The notes under the pieces were generated by a model. That model did no database searches and was not told where the DNA came from. It worked only from the letters and a program-made list of their open reading frames with translations. Both the position numbers and the translations under genes were made by a program. A DNA stretch of 64,000 nt from Vulcanimicrobiota bacterium (GTDB taxonomy: Bacteria; Vulcanimicrobiota; Vulcanimicrobiia; Vulcanimicrobiales; Vulcanimicrobiaceae). Within the stretch, counting starts at the first letter, position 1; each line of letters starts with the position of its first letter. Positions 36,369-46,476 of this stretch are shown here, piece after piece. The stretch spans positions 64,001-128,000 of the forward strand of contig CAWAXX010000023.1 of NCBI GenBank assembly GCA_963786105.1. Reading direction: 5' to 3'.

Positions 36369-37775
36369 ATGGAATTGCGCGAACCGATCGAGCGCCTGAT
36401 CCGCGATCCGCGGGAGTTTACGCGCGACGTCGCGTTTCCCGATCCTTCACAGATCCGCATCTACGACGAGACGCTGCGTGACGGGGAGCAGATGCCGGGC
36501 GTCTGTTACACACCTTCGCAGAAGCTCGAGATCGCGCGGACGCTGGCGTCGATCGGCGTGCACGTGATGAGCGTCGGCTTCCCGGCGGCCTCCGAAGGCG
36601 ACCGGCGGACGCTTGCGCTGGTCATGGGCGCCAAACGGCGCGGGGAACTCGGTGACGTCGAGATCGTCGTGATGTGCCGAAGCAATCGCAACGACATCGA
36701 CGTAACGATCGACACCTTGCGTGAAGCCGGTATCGGCCCGAACGAGGTGACGTTTTTCATCTTTACGAGCGGTAGCGATCTCCACCTAAAGTACAAGATC
36801 GGTAAGACATTGATTCGATTCGAGGGGCGCGACGAGCGCGACTGGCTCGACCTCCCGCTCGATTTCTTCCGCGACGCGAACATCCGTCTGCAGTGCGACG
36901 CGATTCGCCACGCCCGCGACCGCGGTGTCGAGCGCGTCGAGTTCGGCGCGGAAGACGGCAGCCGCGGCGACGTCGACTACTTCATCCGCTATTTCAAAGC
37001 CGGCATCGAGGCCGGTGGAACGCGTCCCGCATGGCCCGACACCGTCGGCACCTTGACGCCGGAGGCGACGCGCTGGTACTGCACGCGCATCGTGCAAGGA
37101 TTGCCCGAAGGTCTGCCGATCGTCGCGCATTTACACAACGACTACGGTTTAGGGACGATCAACGCGATTACGGCGACCGCCTGCGGGTTCAAAGTCGTGT
37201 CGGTCACCGCCAACGGGTATGGCGAGCGTGCAGGCAACGTAAAGTTGCACGAGTACGTCGTGGCGATGCGCGTGCTCTACGGGGTCGAGATTCCCGGCTT
37301 CAAGTATCACAAGCTGCGCGAGCTCGCGCGCTTCATGGAGCGAATGAGCGGCATACCGATGCAGCAGCACGAACCGATCGTCGGTTCTAAGGTCTTCGCG
37401 CACGAGTCGGGTATCCACACGCACGCGATCCTGATCGATCACCGCATGTACGAAGCCGTGCCGGCCGATCTGGTCGGCGCCGAGACGAGCTTCGTATTTG
37501 GAAAACACTCAGGCGTCGCGCTCGTCGAGGAAACCCTACGCAATCAGCGCGCGCGGCTGGAGGACGCCGGCATCGAGCTGACGACCGAACTGGCGCATCG
37601 CGTGACCGACGAGATCAAGCGTCTGCGCGAGGAGCGGGCCGCGTCTAGTAAGAGCGAAAAGGCGATCGAACTCTACGATCAGGCCATGCGGAGCCTCTCG
37701 CTCGACGCTGAAGACGTCGTCGTCATCGCGCTCGCGCTTGGAGCGCCGCAGCCGGCCGCCGCTATTTCGCAGTAA
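36369..37775 (+). CDS. DRE-TIM metallolyase (2-isopropylmalate/homocitrate/citramalate synthase family), no regulatory domain
   Basis: DETLRDGEQ, PDTVG, HLHNDYG, GERAGN, HESGIH, GKHSG. Confidence 0.85.
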   Translation: MELREPIERLIRDPREFTRDVAFPDPSQIRIYDETLRDGEQMPGVCYTPSQKLEIARTLASIGVHVMSVGFPAASEGDRRTLALVMGAKRRGELGDVEIVVMCRSNRNDIDVTIDTLREAGIGPNEVTFFIFTSGSDLHLKYKIGKTLIRFEGRDERDWLDLPLDFFRDANIRLQCDAIRHARDRGVERVEFGAEDGSRGDVDYFIRYFKAGIEAGGTRPAWPDTVGTLTPEATRWYCTRIVQGLPEGLPIVAHLHNDYGLGTINAITATACGFKVVSVTANGYGERAGNVKLHEYVVAMRVLYGVEIPGFKYHKLRELARFMERMSGIPMQQHEPIVGSKVFAHESGIHTHAILIDHRMYEAVPADLVGAETSFVFGKHSGVALVEETLRNQRARLEDAGIELTTELAHRVTDEIKRLREERAASSKSEKAIELYDQAMRSLSLDAEDVVVIALALGAPQPAAAISQ

Positions 37776-38508
37776 TCGGAAAGTCGAAAGCACTCTTCGG
37801 AAACGGCTCCGACGCAAGCACGAAGCCCCACCATTGCGCTCCGGCGGGTTTGAAGCCGTATTTTTCCATGAGATCGGCCAGCATCGTCCGGTGCGTATCG
37901 GCGACGGTCCCAACGTGCGCGTCCGTTCGCGACAGCGGATCCATGCAATCGTAGGTCGTCCCCATATCGATCGAGCCTTCGTGGTATCGTGCCATGAAAG
38001 GCGCGATGCACGAATGCTCGCCGGGCGCCCAAGGCGCGGGCGACACTTCCGGCAAGCGATCCACGGTGAGGTCGACGCTGCTCCCGCGTGCGTGCGGCGA
38101 CTTTTCCGATAGGTAGCCGAGGGCGAAGAGGCGCGCTTTGTCGACGCGCGGGTAGTACTCGCCTTTCATTTGCTGGTCTTTCGGATCCCGACTCCACGCG
38201 AGGAGCGCTTTGGCGGCGCGCTGCGGCTGGTAGCAGTCGTACACGCGCAGCGATAACCCCGCTTCCATCAGCTCCGCCTGAGCTTTTGCCAGCGCGATGG
38301 CGGCCGGCTTGGTGAGGATGCACGCGGGGGCGAGATACCCAGGAAGCTTCCGTCCGACCAGATTGTGCGGCTCGGCATAGCGGATGTCTTGCACGATTGC
38401 GGGCGCGACGTCGGAAAGATAGACGAATCCGGCCGGTAACGCCGGAGCCGATGCGGGAGATGCCGAGCAACACGCGACGACCATCAGCAGCGCGACGAGC
38501 GTTTTCAC
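37762..38508 (-). CDS. VanX/DdpX (M15D) D-Ala-D-Ala dipeptidase homolog, exported, catalytically degenerate
   Basis: DIRYA...N.VG, VYDCYQP, SPHARGSSVDLT, DMGT.YD, QWWG, FDFP; signal peptide. GTG overlaps the dppA stop. Confidence 0.85.
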   Translation of the reverse strand: MKTLVALLMVVACCSASPASAPALPAGFVYLSDVAPAIVQDIRYAEPHNLVGRKLPGYLAPACILTKPAAIALAKAQAELMEAGLSLRVYDCYQPQRAAKALLAWSRDPKDQQMKGEYYPRVDKARLFALGYLSEKSPHARGSSVDLTVDRLPEVSPAPWAPGEHSCIAPFMARYHEGSIDMGTTYDCMDPLSRTDAHVGTVADTHRTMLADLMEKYGFKPAGAQWWGFVLASEPFPKSAFDFPITAK

Positions 38509-39329
38509 GCCTGACCTCCCAGGCGCCAGGTCGCGACGAACGCCTTGAAGACCGTGGGGAAGCTCCCGTGAACGAACCGAACGCTGCGCGCACCGGTGCG
38601 ATCGAAGCCGGGAATGGTTTCTACGAGGTCGGCTTGTTCGATTCGTACGACGTCGACGTCGAGTACGATCGGCGGCTCGAATCGATAGGGCTGCGCCAGC
38701 GCAGCCGCCGCGACGGCAACGCGAGACTCTTCGCGGATTGCACGCTGCGCCGCCGCGGGCGTCATTGAAGTCGCTGCAAAGTTTCCAATGGATTCCTTGA
38801 CGACGACGCCGCGTACCCACGGCATCAGCGCGCGAACGCCGTCAACGGTCGTGCGGTCGCCGGTCACGAGCAACAGCGGAACGCCAAAATAGCCTATGAG
38901 CGCGGCGTTGAAGATCGCTTCGCTGCAGCGGACGCCGTTCACGCGCACCTCGTAGACGACCGACGGCGTATAGGTGTGGCACAGCACGGCGTCGGCTTCT
39001 CCTGCACCACCATGATATCCGACGAAAAATGCGCCGTCGAAGGTTGAGTCCGCGTCTTGGACCATCGAGAACGGCTTGCGGTTGCCGAAGATGACGCGGA
39101 CGTCGGCGGGCAGCTCGTCGAAGAGCAGGTTGCGCATCGGCCCGTGCGAGTCGTTGACGAGGACGTCGCCGGCGCCACCGGCGCGCGCGCCGTCGATAGC
39201 GGCGGCGATCTCCCGCGTATAGTAGCGGCGATAGATGGAATACTCGGGATGGGGCGTACGGGCATCCACCTGCTCCCACGCGCAAACGCCTGCGATACCC
39301 TCCATGTCGCCGGACACGTAGAGTTTCAT
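38505..39329 (-). CDS. D-aminopeptidase (M55, DppA family), copy 1
   Basis: MKLYVSGDMEG, NDSH, GYH, LCHTY, SE, TGD. Confidence 0.93.
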   Translation of the reverse strand: MKLYVSGDMEGIAGVCAWEQVDARTPHPEYSIYRRYYTREIAAAIDGARAGGAGDVLVNDSHGPMRNLLFDELPADVRVIFGNRKPFSMVQDADSTFDGAFFVGYHGGAGEADAVLCHTYTPSVVYEVRVNGVRCSEAIFNAALIGYFGVPLLLVTGDRTTVDGVRALMPWVRGVVVKESIGNFAATSMTPAAAQRAIREESRVAVAAAALAQPYRFEPPIVLDVDVVRIEQADLVETIPGFDRTGARSVRFVHGSFPTVFKAFVATWRLGGQA

Positions 39330-39336
39330 CGACCGT

Positions 39337-40170
39337 TCACGTCGCGTTGGCGGCGGCGCCGAGCCGGGTTGCGGCGATAAAGGCACGCAGCAAGCTCGGA
39401 TACGCAGGCGAGGTAAAGCGTACCGCTCGCGCGCCGGCACGTTCGAATCCCGGCATCAACTCGATGAAGTCGGCATTCTCGACGTTGACGGTTTCGATGA
39501 CCATTTCGAAGGGCGCATCGAACAGAAACGGCCGGGCCTTTCCGACGCGCTGGATAGCCTCACGCGCCGCCGAATGGATCGCCTCTTGTGCAGCGCTCGG
39601 CGTCAAGGTATTCACGGCAGAAAAGCCGATGGCGTCTTTGACGGCCACGCCGATGCACCAGGGCATCGCGCGAGTCGTTTCCTCGACCGTCGCCCGATCG
39701 CCGGTGATCAACACGAGCGGCACGCCGTAGCTGCCGGCGAGCCCGGCGATCAAGAGGGCTTCGCTGCACGCCGTACCGTTAATGGTTACGGCATAGAGCG
39801 TTTCGGGGCTAAACGTGTGCGAGAGCGTGGCGGCGTCGCCCGCTTTTGCGTGGTATCCAGTGAAGAATGCGGCGCCGTAGCTCTCATCGAGACCTTGTCC
39901 CATGGACCACGGCTTGCGCGTTCCGCTGACTATGCGAAGGCCGTCGTCCTGCGGCAACTCGTCCCAGACGAGATTGCGCATATCCCAATGGGAGTCGTTG
40001 ACGAGCACGTCGCGGATGCCGGCTTCGCGCGCACCCTCGATGGCGGCGCGCACCTCTCGAGTCATGTAACGCCGGTACGTCGGGTACTCGTGCGGGTCGC
40101 TCGGGTCGCATTGCTGCCAGGAGCAAACGCCGGCCGTGCCTTCCATGTCGCACGAAAGATACAGCTTCAC
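39337..40170 (-). CDS. D-aminopeptidase (M55, DppA family), copy 2
   Basis: KLYLSCDMEG, NDSH, GYH, LSHTF, SE, TGD; GTG start. Confidence 0.93.
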   Translation of the reverse strand: MKLYLSCDMEGTAGVCSWQQCDPSDPHEYPTYRRYMTREVRAAIEGAREAGIRDVLVNDSHWDMRNLVWDELPQDDGLRIVSGTRKPWSMGQGLDESYGAAFFTGYHAKAGDAATLSHTFSPETLYAVTINGTACSEALLIAGLAGSYGVPLVLITGDRATVEETTRAMPWCIGVAVKDAIGFSAVNTLTPSAAQEAIHSAAREAIQRVGKARPFLFDAPFEMVIETVNVENADFIELMPGFERAGARAVRFTSPAYPSLLRAFIAATRLGAAANAT

Positions 40171-40178
40171 CGTGGCGG

Positions 40179-40625
40179 TTACGGACTCGTCGTTTGACGA
40201 AGAGCGTCGCGCGCCTCGGAAAGCCCCGCGGCAGCGGCGACGTTGTGGGGATTGACGCTCAGCGCCCGGCGATAGAAAGGAATTGCGTCGGAAAACCGGT
40301 TGGCCGCCAGATACATGTCGCCGAGTTGGGTAAGGGCGACGTCGTCGTTTGGGTGGGCTGCGATCCGCTCGCGCAAACTTCGTAGTTGCTCGACGACCGC
40401 GGCCGGCGGTCCGCCCTCGACGCTCGCCTGCGATCCCTGTTGCCGCTCCTGCATGCGCGCGGCCGTTGCGCCGCCGGGCTTGGCGGCTTTGCCGAAGACC
40501 GAGCCGGTGACGCCGAAGCCTTCGCCGAGCAAGTACGTCATCGTTCCCAAAAAAAGAATGGCGATAACGAGGAAGATCGGCACCGCGATGCGCGGGGGCA
40601 GGCCGCGCGTGGGTTGTGAGAGCAC
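40179..40625 (-). CDS. Membrane-anchored tetratricopeptide repeat protein
   Basis: One TM, then HPNDDVALTQLGDMY...AIPFYRRALSVNP TPR; start codon uncertain. Confidence 0.75.
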   Translation of the reverse strand: MLSQPTRGLPPRIAVPIFLVIAILFLGTMTYLLGEGFGVTGSVFGKAAKPGGATAARMQERQQGSQASVEGGPPAAVVEQLRSLRERIAAHPNDDVALTQLGDMYLAANRFSDAIPFYRRALSVNPHNVAAAAGLSEARDALRQTTSP

Positions 40626-40686
40626 GAAAGAGTCGGTTGGACGTGCGACGAAGACGCCCCTTGCCTCGGCACCTCCGAGATCGCTT

Positions 40687-41241
40687 ATGACGACCCTTCC
40701 AACCGAACCCGACCTGCAACTCATCTTCGCGCGTCTGAACTACGAGTTTTTCAACGGCGAAGTTCCCGATTGCCGCATCCGGTACAACGAGCGGTTCTCG
40801 AATTCGGCCGGCCGCATCAACTATTCCGAGCGTCCGATGACCATCGAGTTGTCCCCCAAGCACTTTCGCGCGTATCCTGCCGCCCTCGACGAAACGCTCC
40901 TCCACGAGATGATTCACGCCTGGTGTTTCGCGCACTTTCGCGAGATGGGTCACGGCGCGCGATTCAAGAAAAAACTCCGGGAATGCGGCCTCGACTCGAT
41001 CTATCACGAACTCGGCAACGTACGCCCGCTCCGCGAATCGAGCCGGCGCTACATCCTGCGCTGCGAGCAGTGCGCCTTCGAAGTCCTTCGTAAGCGAAAA
41101 CCCGTGAAGCCGGCGAGCTGTCCGCGTTGCAACAAGCGGCGCTTCGACCCCCGCTATCCGCTGTCCATTTACGAAATCGTCGAGACGCGGGTCGTAGGCG
41201 ATACGGTTGCGGGGCTGCGCGCCGCCGCCCGCGGCCGCTAG
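40687..41241 (+). CDS. SprT-like zinc metalloprotease
   Basis: LNYEFFNG, TLLHEMIH, GHG..FK, CxxC...CxxC zinc ribbon. Confidence 0.9.
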   Translation: MTTLPTEPDLQLIFARLNYEFFNGEVPDCRIRYNERFSNSAGRINYSERPMTIELSPKHFRAYPAALDETLLHEMIHAWCFAHFREMGHGARFKKKLRECGLDSIYHELGNVRPLRESSRRYILRCEQCAFEVLRKRKPVKPASCPRCNKRRFDPRYPLSIYEIVETRVVGDTVAGLRAAARGR

Positions 41242-41245
41242 GGCG

Positions 41246-41692
41246 CTACTCGACGACGAAGCGGTAAAGTTCGAACACGGCGTCCTTGTCGAAGCCGAGT
41301 TGGGTGTAGAAGCGCGTGAGGTGCGGTTCGGAAAATGGGAGCTCGACCATGATGGCGCGCGAGCCGGAGTGTTTGGCGAAGTCGATCGCCGCCCGAACCA
41401 AACGCTTGCCGACGCCGCGTTCGCGAAAGGCGGCGTCGACGTAGAGGTCGCTGAGGAACCATTGGCGTTTGGCATACCACGAGGAAAATAGCGGGTAGAG
41501 CTGCAGGAAGCCGGTCGCTGCGGGGCCCTCGAAAGCGGCCAGAACGACCGATTCTCGCCGCTCGAGCCGCTCGTGGAGAAAGCGGCGCGAAACGTCGAGA
41601 TCGGGCGCTTTGGTGAAGAATTCGCGGTAGGCGTCGAAGAGCGGCACGATCGCGTCCAGATCGTCGAGCGACGCGCTGCGAACGGTCATCAT
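41246..41692 (-). CDS. GNAT N-acetyltransferase
   Basis: [23 protein letters not shown]...RERGVG, FY..LGF. Confidence 0.9.
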   Translation of the reverse strand: MMTVRSASLDDLDAIVPLFDAYREFFTKAPDLDVSRRFLHERLERRESVVLAAFEGPAATGFLQLYPLFSSWYAKRQWFLSDLYVDAAFRERGVGKRLVRAAIDFAKHSGSRAIMVELPFSEPHLTRFYTQLGFDKDAVFELYRFVVE

Positions 41693-41792
41693 GGAGATGG
41701 GGATGCGCCGCCGGTGTCGGGAAACCTCGGCTGCCATGGTACGACCTAGGTCGAGGCAGAGAATCCGCCCCGCGAGCGAAGATAGACGGGCC

Positions 41793-43220
41793 ATGACGAC
41801 AACAACAAACCCGAGCTCGCCCGGCGTGCGCGTCGAGAGCGACTCAATGGGTTCGATCGACGTACCTTCGAACAAGTATTACGGCGCGCAGTCGGCGCGC
41901 TCGCTCGTGCACTTCGACATCGGCGACGGCACTTGGCCGCGCGACGTCATGCCCAGGCAGGTCATCAAAGCGATGGCGACTCTCAAAAAAGCCGCCGCCT
42001 TGGTCAATCTAGAGCTCGGAAAGCTCGAAGCCGACAAGGCCGAGCTGATCGTCAAAGCCGCCGACGAAATCACCGCGGGGAAGCTTAACGAGCACTTCCC
42101 GCTAAGGGTATGGCAAACGGGCTCCGGCACGCAAACGAACATGAACGTGAACGAGGTCATTTCGAATCGCGCGATCGAGATGGCCGGCGGCGAGATGGGT
42201 TCGAAGAAGCCGGTTCATCCCAACGATCACGTAAATATGTCTCAGTCGTCCAACGACACGTTTCCGACGGCGATGCACGTGGCGGCCGCCGAAGCGATGG
42301 TCGGAATGTTGCCGGCGGTTCAGGCGTTGCGGAACGCACTCGACGCCAAGGCCAAAACGTGGTCGCATATCGTCAAGGTCGGACGCACGCACTTGCAGGA
42401 TGCGACGCCGTTGACGCTCGGCCAAGAGTTCTCCGGCTACGTCTCGCAGCTGGACCGCGCGATGATCGCTTGCAAGGAGGCGCTGAACCATCTCTACGAT
42501 TTGGCGATCGGCGGCACGGCGGTGGGCACCGGTCTCAACGCCCACCCGGAGTTCGGGGAGCGCACCGCAAAGAAGATTGCGGACCTCACGGGTCTGCCGT
42601 TTCGCTCGCATCCGAACAAGTTTGCAGCCTTAGCGTCGCACGACGACTTCGTGTTCGCTTCGGGTTCGTTGAAAATGCTGGCTGCGGCCCTCATGAAAAT
42701 AGCCAACGACATTCGATGGCTGGCATCGGGTCCGCGGGCCGGCATCGGCGAACTGACGCTTCCCGAAAACGAACCGGGTAGTTCGATCATGCCTGGTAAG
42801 GTGAATCCGACGCAGTCCGAAGCGATGACGATGGCGTGCGTGCAGGTCTACGGAAACGACTTAGCCATCTCGTTTGGCGCGTCCCAGGGCAACTTCGAGC
42901 TCAACGTTTTCAACCCGGTGATGATCTACAACTTCCTGCATTCCACGACGCTGCTGCGCGACGCATGCACGATGTTCCGCGAACACGCAGTCGAAGGTCT
43001 AGAAGCCAACGAAGAGCAGATCAAGACTTACCTCGATCGATCGCTGATGGTCGTCACGGCGCTGTCGCCTCACATCGGATACGATAAGGCCGCGGAGATC
43101 GCCAAGCACGCCCACCATCACAAGAGCACGCTGAAGGAAGCGGCGTTGCGCCTCGGTCACGTCACCGAAGAAGAGTACGACAAGATCGTCGTCCCCAAGG
43201 AGATGACTTCACCGAAGTAG
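41793..43220 (+). CDS. fumC: Class II fumarate hydratase
   Basis: [47 protein letters not shown]. Confidence 0.97.
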   Translation: MTTTTNPSSPGVRVESDSMGSIDVPSNKYYGAQSARSLVHFDIGDGTWPRDVMPRQVIKAMATLKKAAALVNLELGKLEADKAELIVKAADEITAGKLNEHFPLRVWQTGSGTQTNMNVNEVISNRAIEMAGGEMGSKKPVHPNDHVNMSQSSNDTFPTAMHVAAAEAMVGMLPAVQALRNALDAKAKTWSHIVKVGRTHLQDATPLTLGQEFSGYVSQLDRAMIACKEALNHLYDLAIGGTAVGTGLNAHPEFGERTAKKIADLTGLPFRSHPNKFAALASHDDFVFASGSLKMLAAALMKIANDIRWLASGPRAGIGELTLPENEPGSSIMPGKVNPTQSEAMTMACVQVYGNDLAISFGASQGNFELNVFNPVMIYNFLHSTTLLRDACTMFREHAVEGLEANEEQIKTYLDRSLMVVTALSPHIGYDKAAEIAKHAHHHKSTLKEAALRLGHVTEEEYDKIVVPKEMTSPK

Positions 43221-43234
43221 CGCCTCTACCCGTC

Positions 43235-43419
43235 TCATCCTGAGCGGAGCGCCGCACGGTGTCATCCTGAGCGGAGCGCCGTGCGAAAACGCTACTCGCT
43301 GGCTCGTCGCTCTCGGCATCCGGCCTTCGCTCCTCGTCCAGACGCCCTCAGCTTGACACGTCGTTTGCGGCACTGTCCTTCGACTGCGCTCGCTATCGCT
43401 CGCTCCGCTCAGGATGACA
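43235..43419. repeat. Palindromic repeat family B, copy 3 (duplicated left arm, 5'-truncated core)
   Basis: tcatcctgagcggagcgccg twice (43235, 43262), core from ccgtgcgaaaacgc to ccctcag, right arm ending gctcaggatgaca. Confidence 0.88.
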
Positions 43420-43423
43420 GCAT

Positions 43424-44467
43424 TTAGAGGCCGTCGATCTCGAATGCTGCGGCGATTCCGCGATACGTGCCGATACCGACGATGCCGCCGTTCGGGGTGA
43501 ATGCGTAACCGCACTCGAATCGCCAGCCTGGTGCGTTCGCCAGGTCGTCGAGGCGGTGAAGGGTGTTTCCGTCCCACAAGAACGCGTAGTGGCGCCGATT
43601 CTCGTCTTCGAACATTCCGGTGACGCGATCGCGATCGTCGACGGCGTAGCCGACGCTGACCGGACTATTCGGCGCGAAATCGATGGCCGATCCGTCGCCC
43701 CGCCAAGAGCGTGCGTGCGGCGCGGCATCGTAGGCGGCACCCGGGGGCACGTCGGCACCGGCGGCGGCACCGGCGGCATCGATCGCGAGCGCGACGCCGG
43801 CGCCCAGCGGTTCTCGCGTGCGTTCGTGCCAACGCATGGCCACAAAGCGTTCGCTGTTGGAAACGACGTTGGACGGCGCCGGAACGTTGGCGATGTACGC
43901 CGTGTAGCCCGCCGTGTAGAGCCCTGCCGTTGCAAGCGCGATACCGTTGCCCATGTTCAGGCATTGGCGGCTGCGCAAATGAAGCACGACCGGCGCGTTC
44001 TGACCGCTGATGTCGTCGAGATTAACCATCGCGGGCGATCGCATCGTCGCGATAACGGAGCCGTTGCTCAACACCCCGGCGATCGCCGGACCGATCGATG
44101 CGTGGGGGAAGTTTTCGCACGAGCTCATGTCGACCGGCTGCGCGGAGGCGCTTACGAGCCGCCGCGGCCGGTCGGAGTTGACGAGCAGCGCGCCGCTTTG
44201 GTCGAATCCGGCGATCGTTCCGGGCACGTTCACCAGTCGAAAGCGCCCGTTGCGGTCCCACAGACCGGCGCGGGTGTGAAAACCTCCGAGAGTGACCGTC
44301 GCGGCGATCCTTCCGTCGCTCGAAACGCTCATAAGCGAACGCAAGCCCAACGGTTCGATGGTCGCATGCAGCGGCAGCGGAAGCATCCGAACCGCGATCG
44401 GGTGCGAAGTCGCTGCGGTCGCGCAGCAGCCGAACGCGACCCCGAGCGCCAGCGCCTTGACGTTCAC
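43424..44467 (-). CDS. Hypothetical exported protein with HAF-repeat-like C-terminus
   Basis: Signal peptide; YAVDDRDRVTG...YAFLWDG...LDDL...GW...GIVGIG...AF resembles extracellular HAF repeats. Confidence 0.7.
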   Translation of the reverse strand: MNVKALALGVAFGCCATAATSHPIAVRMLPLPLHATIEPLGLRSLMSVSSDGRIAATVTLGGFHTRAGLWDRNGRFRLVNVPGTIAGFDQSGALLVNSDRPRRLVSASAQPVDMSSCENFPHASIGPAIAGVLSNGSVIATMRSPAMVNLDDISGQNAPVVLHLRSRQCLNMGNGIALATAGLYTAGYTAYIANVPAPSNVVSNSERFVAMRWHERTREPLGAGVALAIDAAGAAAGADVPPGAAYDAAPHARSWRGDGSAIDFAPNSPVSVGYAVDDRDRVTGMFEDENRRHYAFLWDGNTLHRLDDLANAPGWRFECGYAFTPNGGIVGIGTYRGIAAAFEIDGL

Positions 44468-44468
44468 G

Positions 44469-45704
44469 TCAGCGCCGCTCGTTGCGGATGGCCGGCGTCA
44501 CCAGCGCCGCTAATGCGATAACCACGTACCCTAGGCAGGCAATCCACATGGCGGCAAGCGGGCCGTGCCTGTCCGCCACCCATCCAAAGACCAGGACGCC
44601 GGGCGCGATGCCCGAGAGAACGAAGAGCCGGACCGCGCCCATGACGCGGCCGATCATGTACTCCGGCGTTACTCGTAACCTAAAACCGATGATCTGGGCG
44701 ATTTCGAAGTTCGCGATCGTGTTCGAGAGCGCCCAAAAGACTGCGACGAGCCACACGTTGCGCACTAGCACGACCGGAAGGAAGGTCAAGGCATCGAGCA
44801 GGTACGCGATCGTCAGCGCTCGCCCGAAGGGCCAGCGCGTTGCCCAGCGTGACGCCAGCCACGCGCCGGCGACCGCGCCGGCGGCCGAAATGCCGAAGAA
44901 AATTCCGACGACTTGATCGCTTGCGCCAAAGCCTTTCTTCAAAAACGGAATCAGAATCGCATAGCAGCCGAAGCCGAAAACGTTGAACGCGAATCCGGCC
45001 AGAGCTTGAGCCCGCATGCCCACGTCGCCCCACAACTGGCGAAAACCGAGCGCGACGTCACCGGCCAAATGACGCGGCGACGGAACGCCCTGCACGGCGT
45101 CCGGCCCGAGCGACGGGATGCGGGCTAACGATATTTGCGACGCGAGATAGGTCAACGCGTTGACGATCAGGGCCGGCAACGGTCCGAAGAAGGTAAAGAC
45201 CGCGCCGCCGATCACGGGGGTAACGAGGCTCGAGGCATTTTCGGAAGCGATCAGCACGGCGATCGCTTCGGTCGAGCGTTCGCGTCCCAACAAATAGGGG
45301 ATGCTCGAAGACTGTCCTCCCAAAAATGCGGCCGCGCATATCGAAATCACGATCAAACCGCCGTAGATCATCGGGAGCGTCAGAACGTGCTGCCAGTACG
45401 CCACGGCAAAGAAGGTCATCACGGCAAACCGGATGGCGTCGCAGCCGATCATCAGTTTGCGGCGATCGAGCCGGTCGGCGAGCGAGCCGCCGACTAGCGA
45501 GAAGAGCGAGAACGGGACGACTTCGCAGATGAACGCCGCGCCGGTCGACAGCGCCGAGTGAGTGAGGTGGTACGCGAGCAGAGGAACGGCAAGCGTGCGC
45601 AAGCCGTCGCCGAGCAAGCTGAGCGACTGTCCGACGAAGTATTGCCGAAACGCGTTCGAAGCAAAGATGCTCGGCGCTCTCGAGCTTGCGACCGCTTCGC
45701 TCAT
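44469..45704 (-). CDS. MFS transporter
   Basis: GSLADRLDRRKLM motif A, about 12 TMs. ATG 45704 overlaps the upstream stop. Confidence 0.92.
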   Translation of the reverse strand: MSEAVASSRAPSIFASNAFRQYFVGQSLSLLGDGLRTLAVPLLAYHLTHSALSTGAAFICEVVPFSLFSLVGGSLADRLDRRKLMIGCDAIRFAVMTFFAVAYWQHVLTLPMIYGGLIVISICAAAFLGGQSSSIPYLLGRERSTEAIAVLIASENASSLVTPVIGGAVFTFFGPLPALIVNALTYLASQISLARIPSLGPDAVQGVPSPRHLAGDVALGFRQLWGDVGMRAQALAGFAFNVFGFGCYAILIPFLKKGFGASDQVVGIFFGISAAGAVAGAWLASRWATRWPFGRALTIAYLLDALTFLPVVLVRNVWLVAVFWALSNTIANFEIAQIIGFRLRVTPEYMIGRVMGAVRLFVLSGIAPGVLVFGWVADRHGPLAAMWIACLGYVVIALAALVTPAIRNERR

Positions 45705-46471
45705 AGGTGGCGCCAGATGAGCGATCCGGCGACGGCCACCAACGCGAATGCGACGACCAGCAACAACTGCGGCGACTTCATTTTCAATGAGAATCGCGCC
45801 CCCAGCGGGCCTCCCAACAATCCGCCGGCTACCAGCGGCAGGATGTCGTTCAGGTCGATATCTCGCTGCAGCGCGTGTACGGCGAGTCCTACAGGCGACG
45901 TGAGCAGAATTCCAAACTGAGAAGTGGCGCTGACGGCGTGAATCGGCAACTCCGAGAAGTAGAGCAGCGTCGGCACGAGAATCACGCCGCCGCCGATGCC
46001 GAAAAGGCTGGAGAAGAGTCCGATAAGGAAGCCCAGAAACAGCGCGGCCCGGTAAGACATCCCCTTGATGTCGTGCACGTGCTCGTGCTGCGGACGGCCA
46101 CGAAGGCGTCTTTCGGCGTTCCACGCCATGTCGACGGCGACGGCGAGGAGCAGCACCGCGAGAATCCAATCGAAAAGGCGCGGCGTAATGTGCAGCGACA
46201 GAATCGCTCCGAGTATCCCACCGGGCAGACCGCCCGCGGCGATCAATAAACCGATCGTCAAATGTACCCGGCGTTGCATCAAATAGGCAAACGTGCCGCT
46301 GGCACCGCTCGCAACGATCAGTATCAGCGACGTGCCGGCGGCCTCGGCCGGTGCGAGTCCTGAAAACAAGCGCAGCACCGGCACGAGAATAAACCCGCCC
46401 CCAAGCCCGACCATCGATCCAAATGCGCTCGCGAACAGCGCAAGCGCAAAAAGCGCGAGGGCGGAGTTCAC
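45701..46471 (-). CDS. Sulfite exporter TauE/SafE family
   Basis: GLGGGFILVP and GIGGGVILVP repeats, GTSL/ATS. Confidence 0.92.
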   Translation of the reverse strand: MNSALALFALALFASAFGSMVGLGGGFILVPVLRLFSGLAPAEAAGTSLILIVASGASGTFAYLMQRRVHLTIGLLIAAGGLPGGILGAILSLHITPRLFDWILAVLLLAVAVDMAWNAERRLRGRPQHEHVHDIKGMSYRAALFLGFLIGLFSSLFGIGGGVILVPTLLYFSELPIHAVSATSQFGILLTSPVGLAVHALQRDIDLNDILPLVAGGLLGGPLGARFSLKMKSPQLLLVVAFALVAVAGSLIWRHL

Positions 46472-46476
46472 GCCGC

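Noticed and set aside
39337..41475. 712-aa ORF suggesting a large DppA fusion
   Set aside because: Only the last ~277 aa are M55-like. The rest overlaps the TPR, SprT and GNAT genes in other frames; this is GC-rich open-frame run-through.
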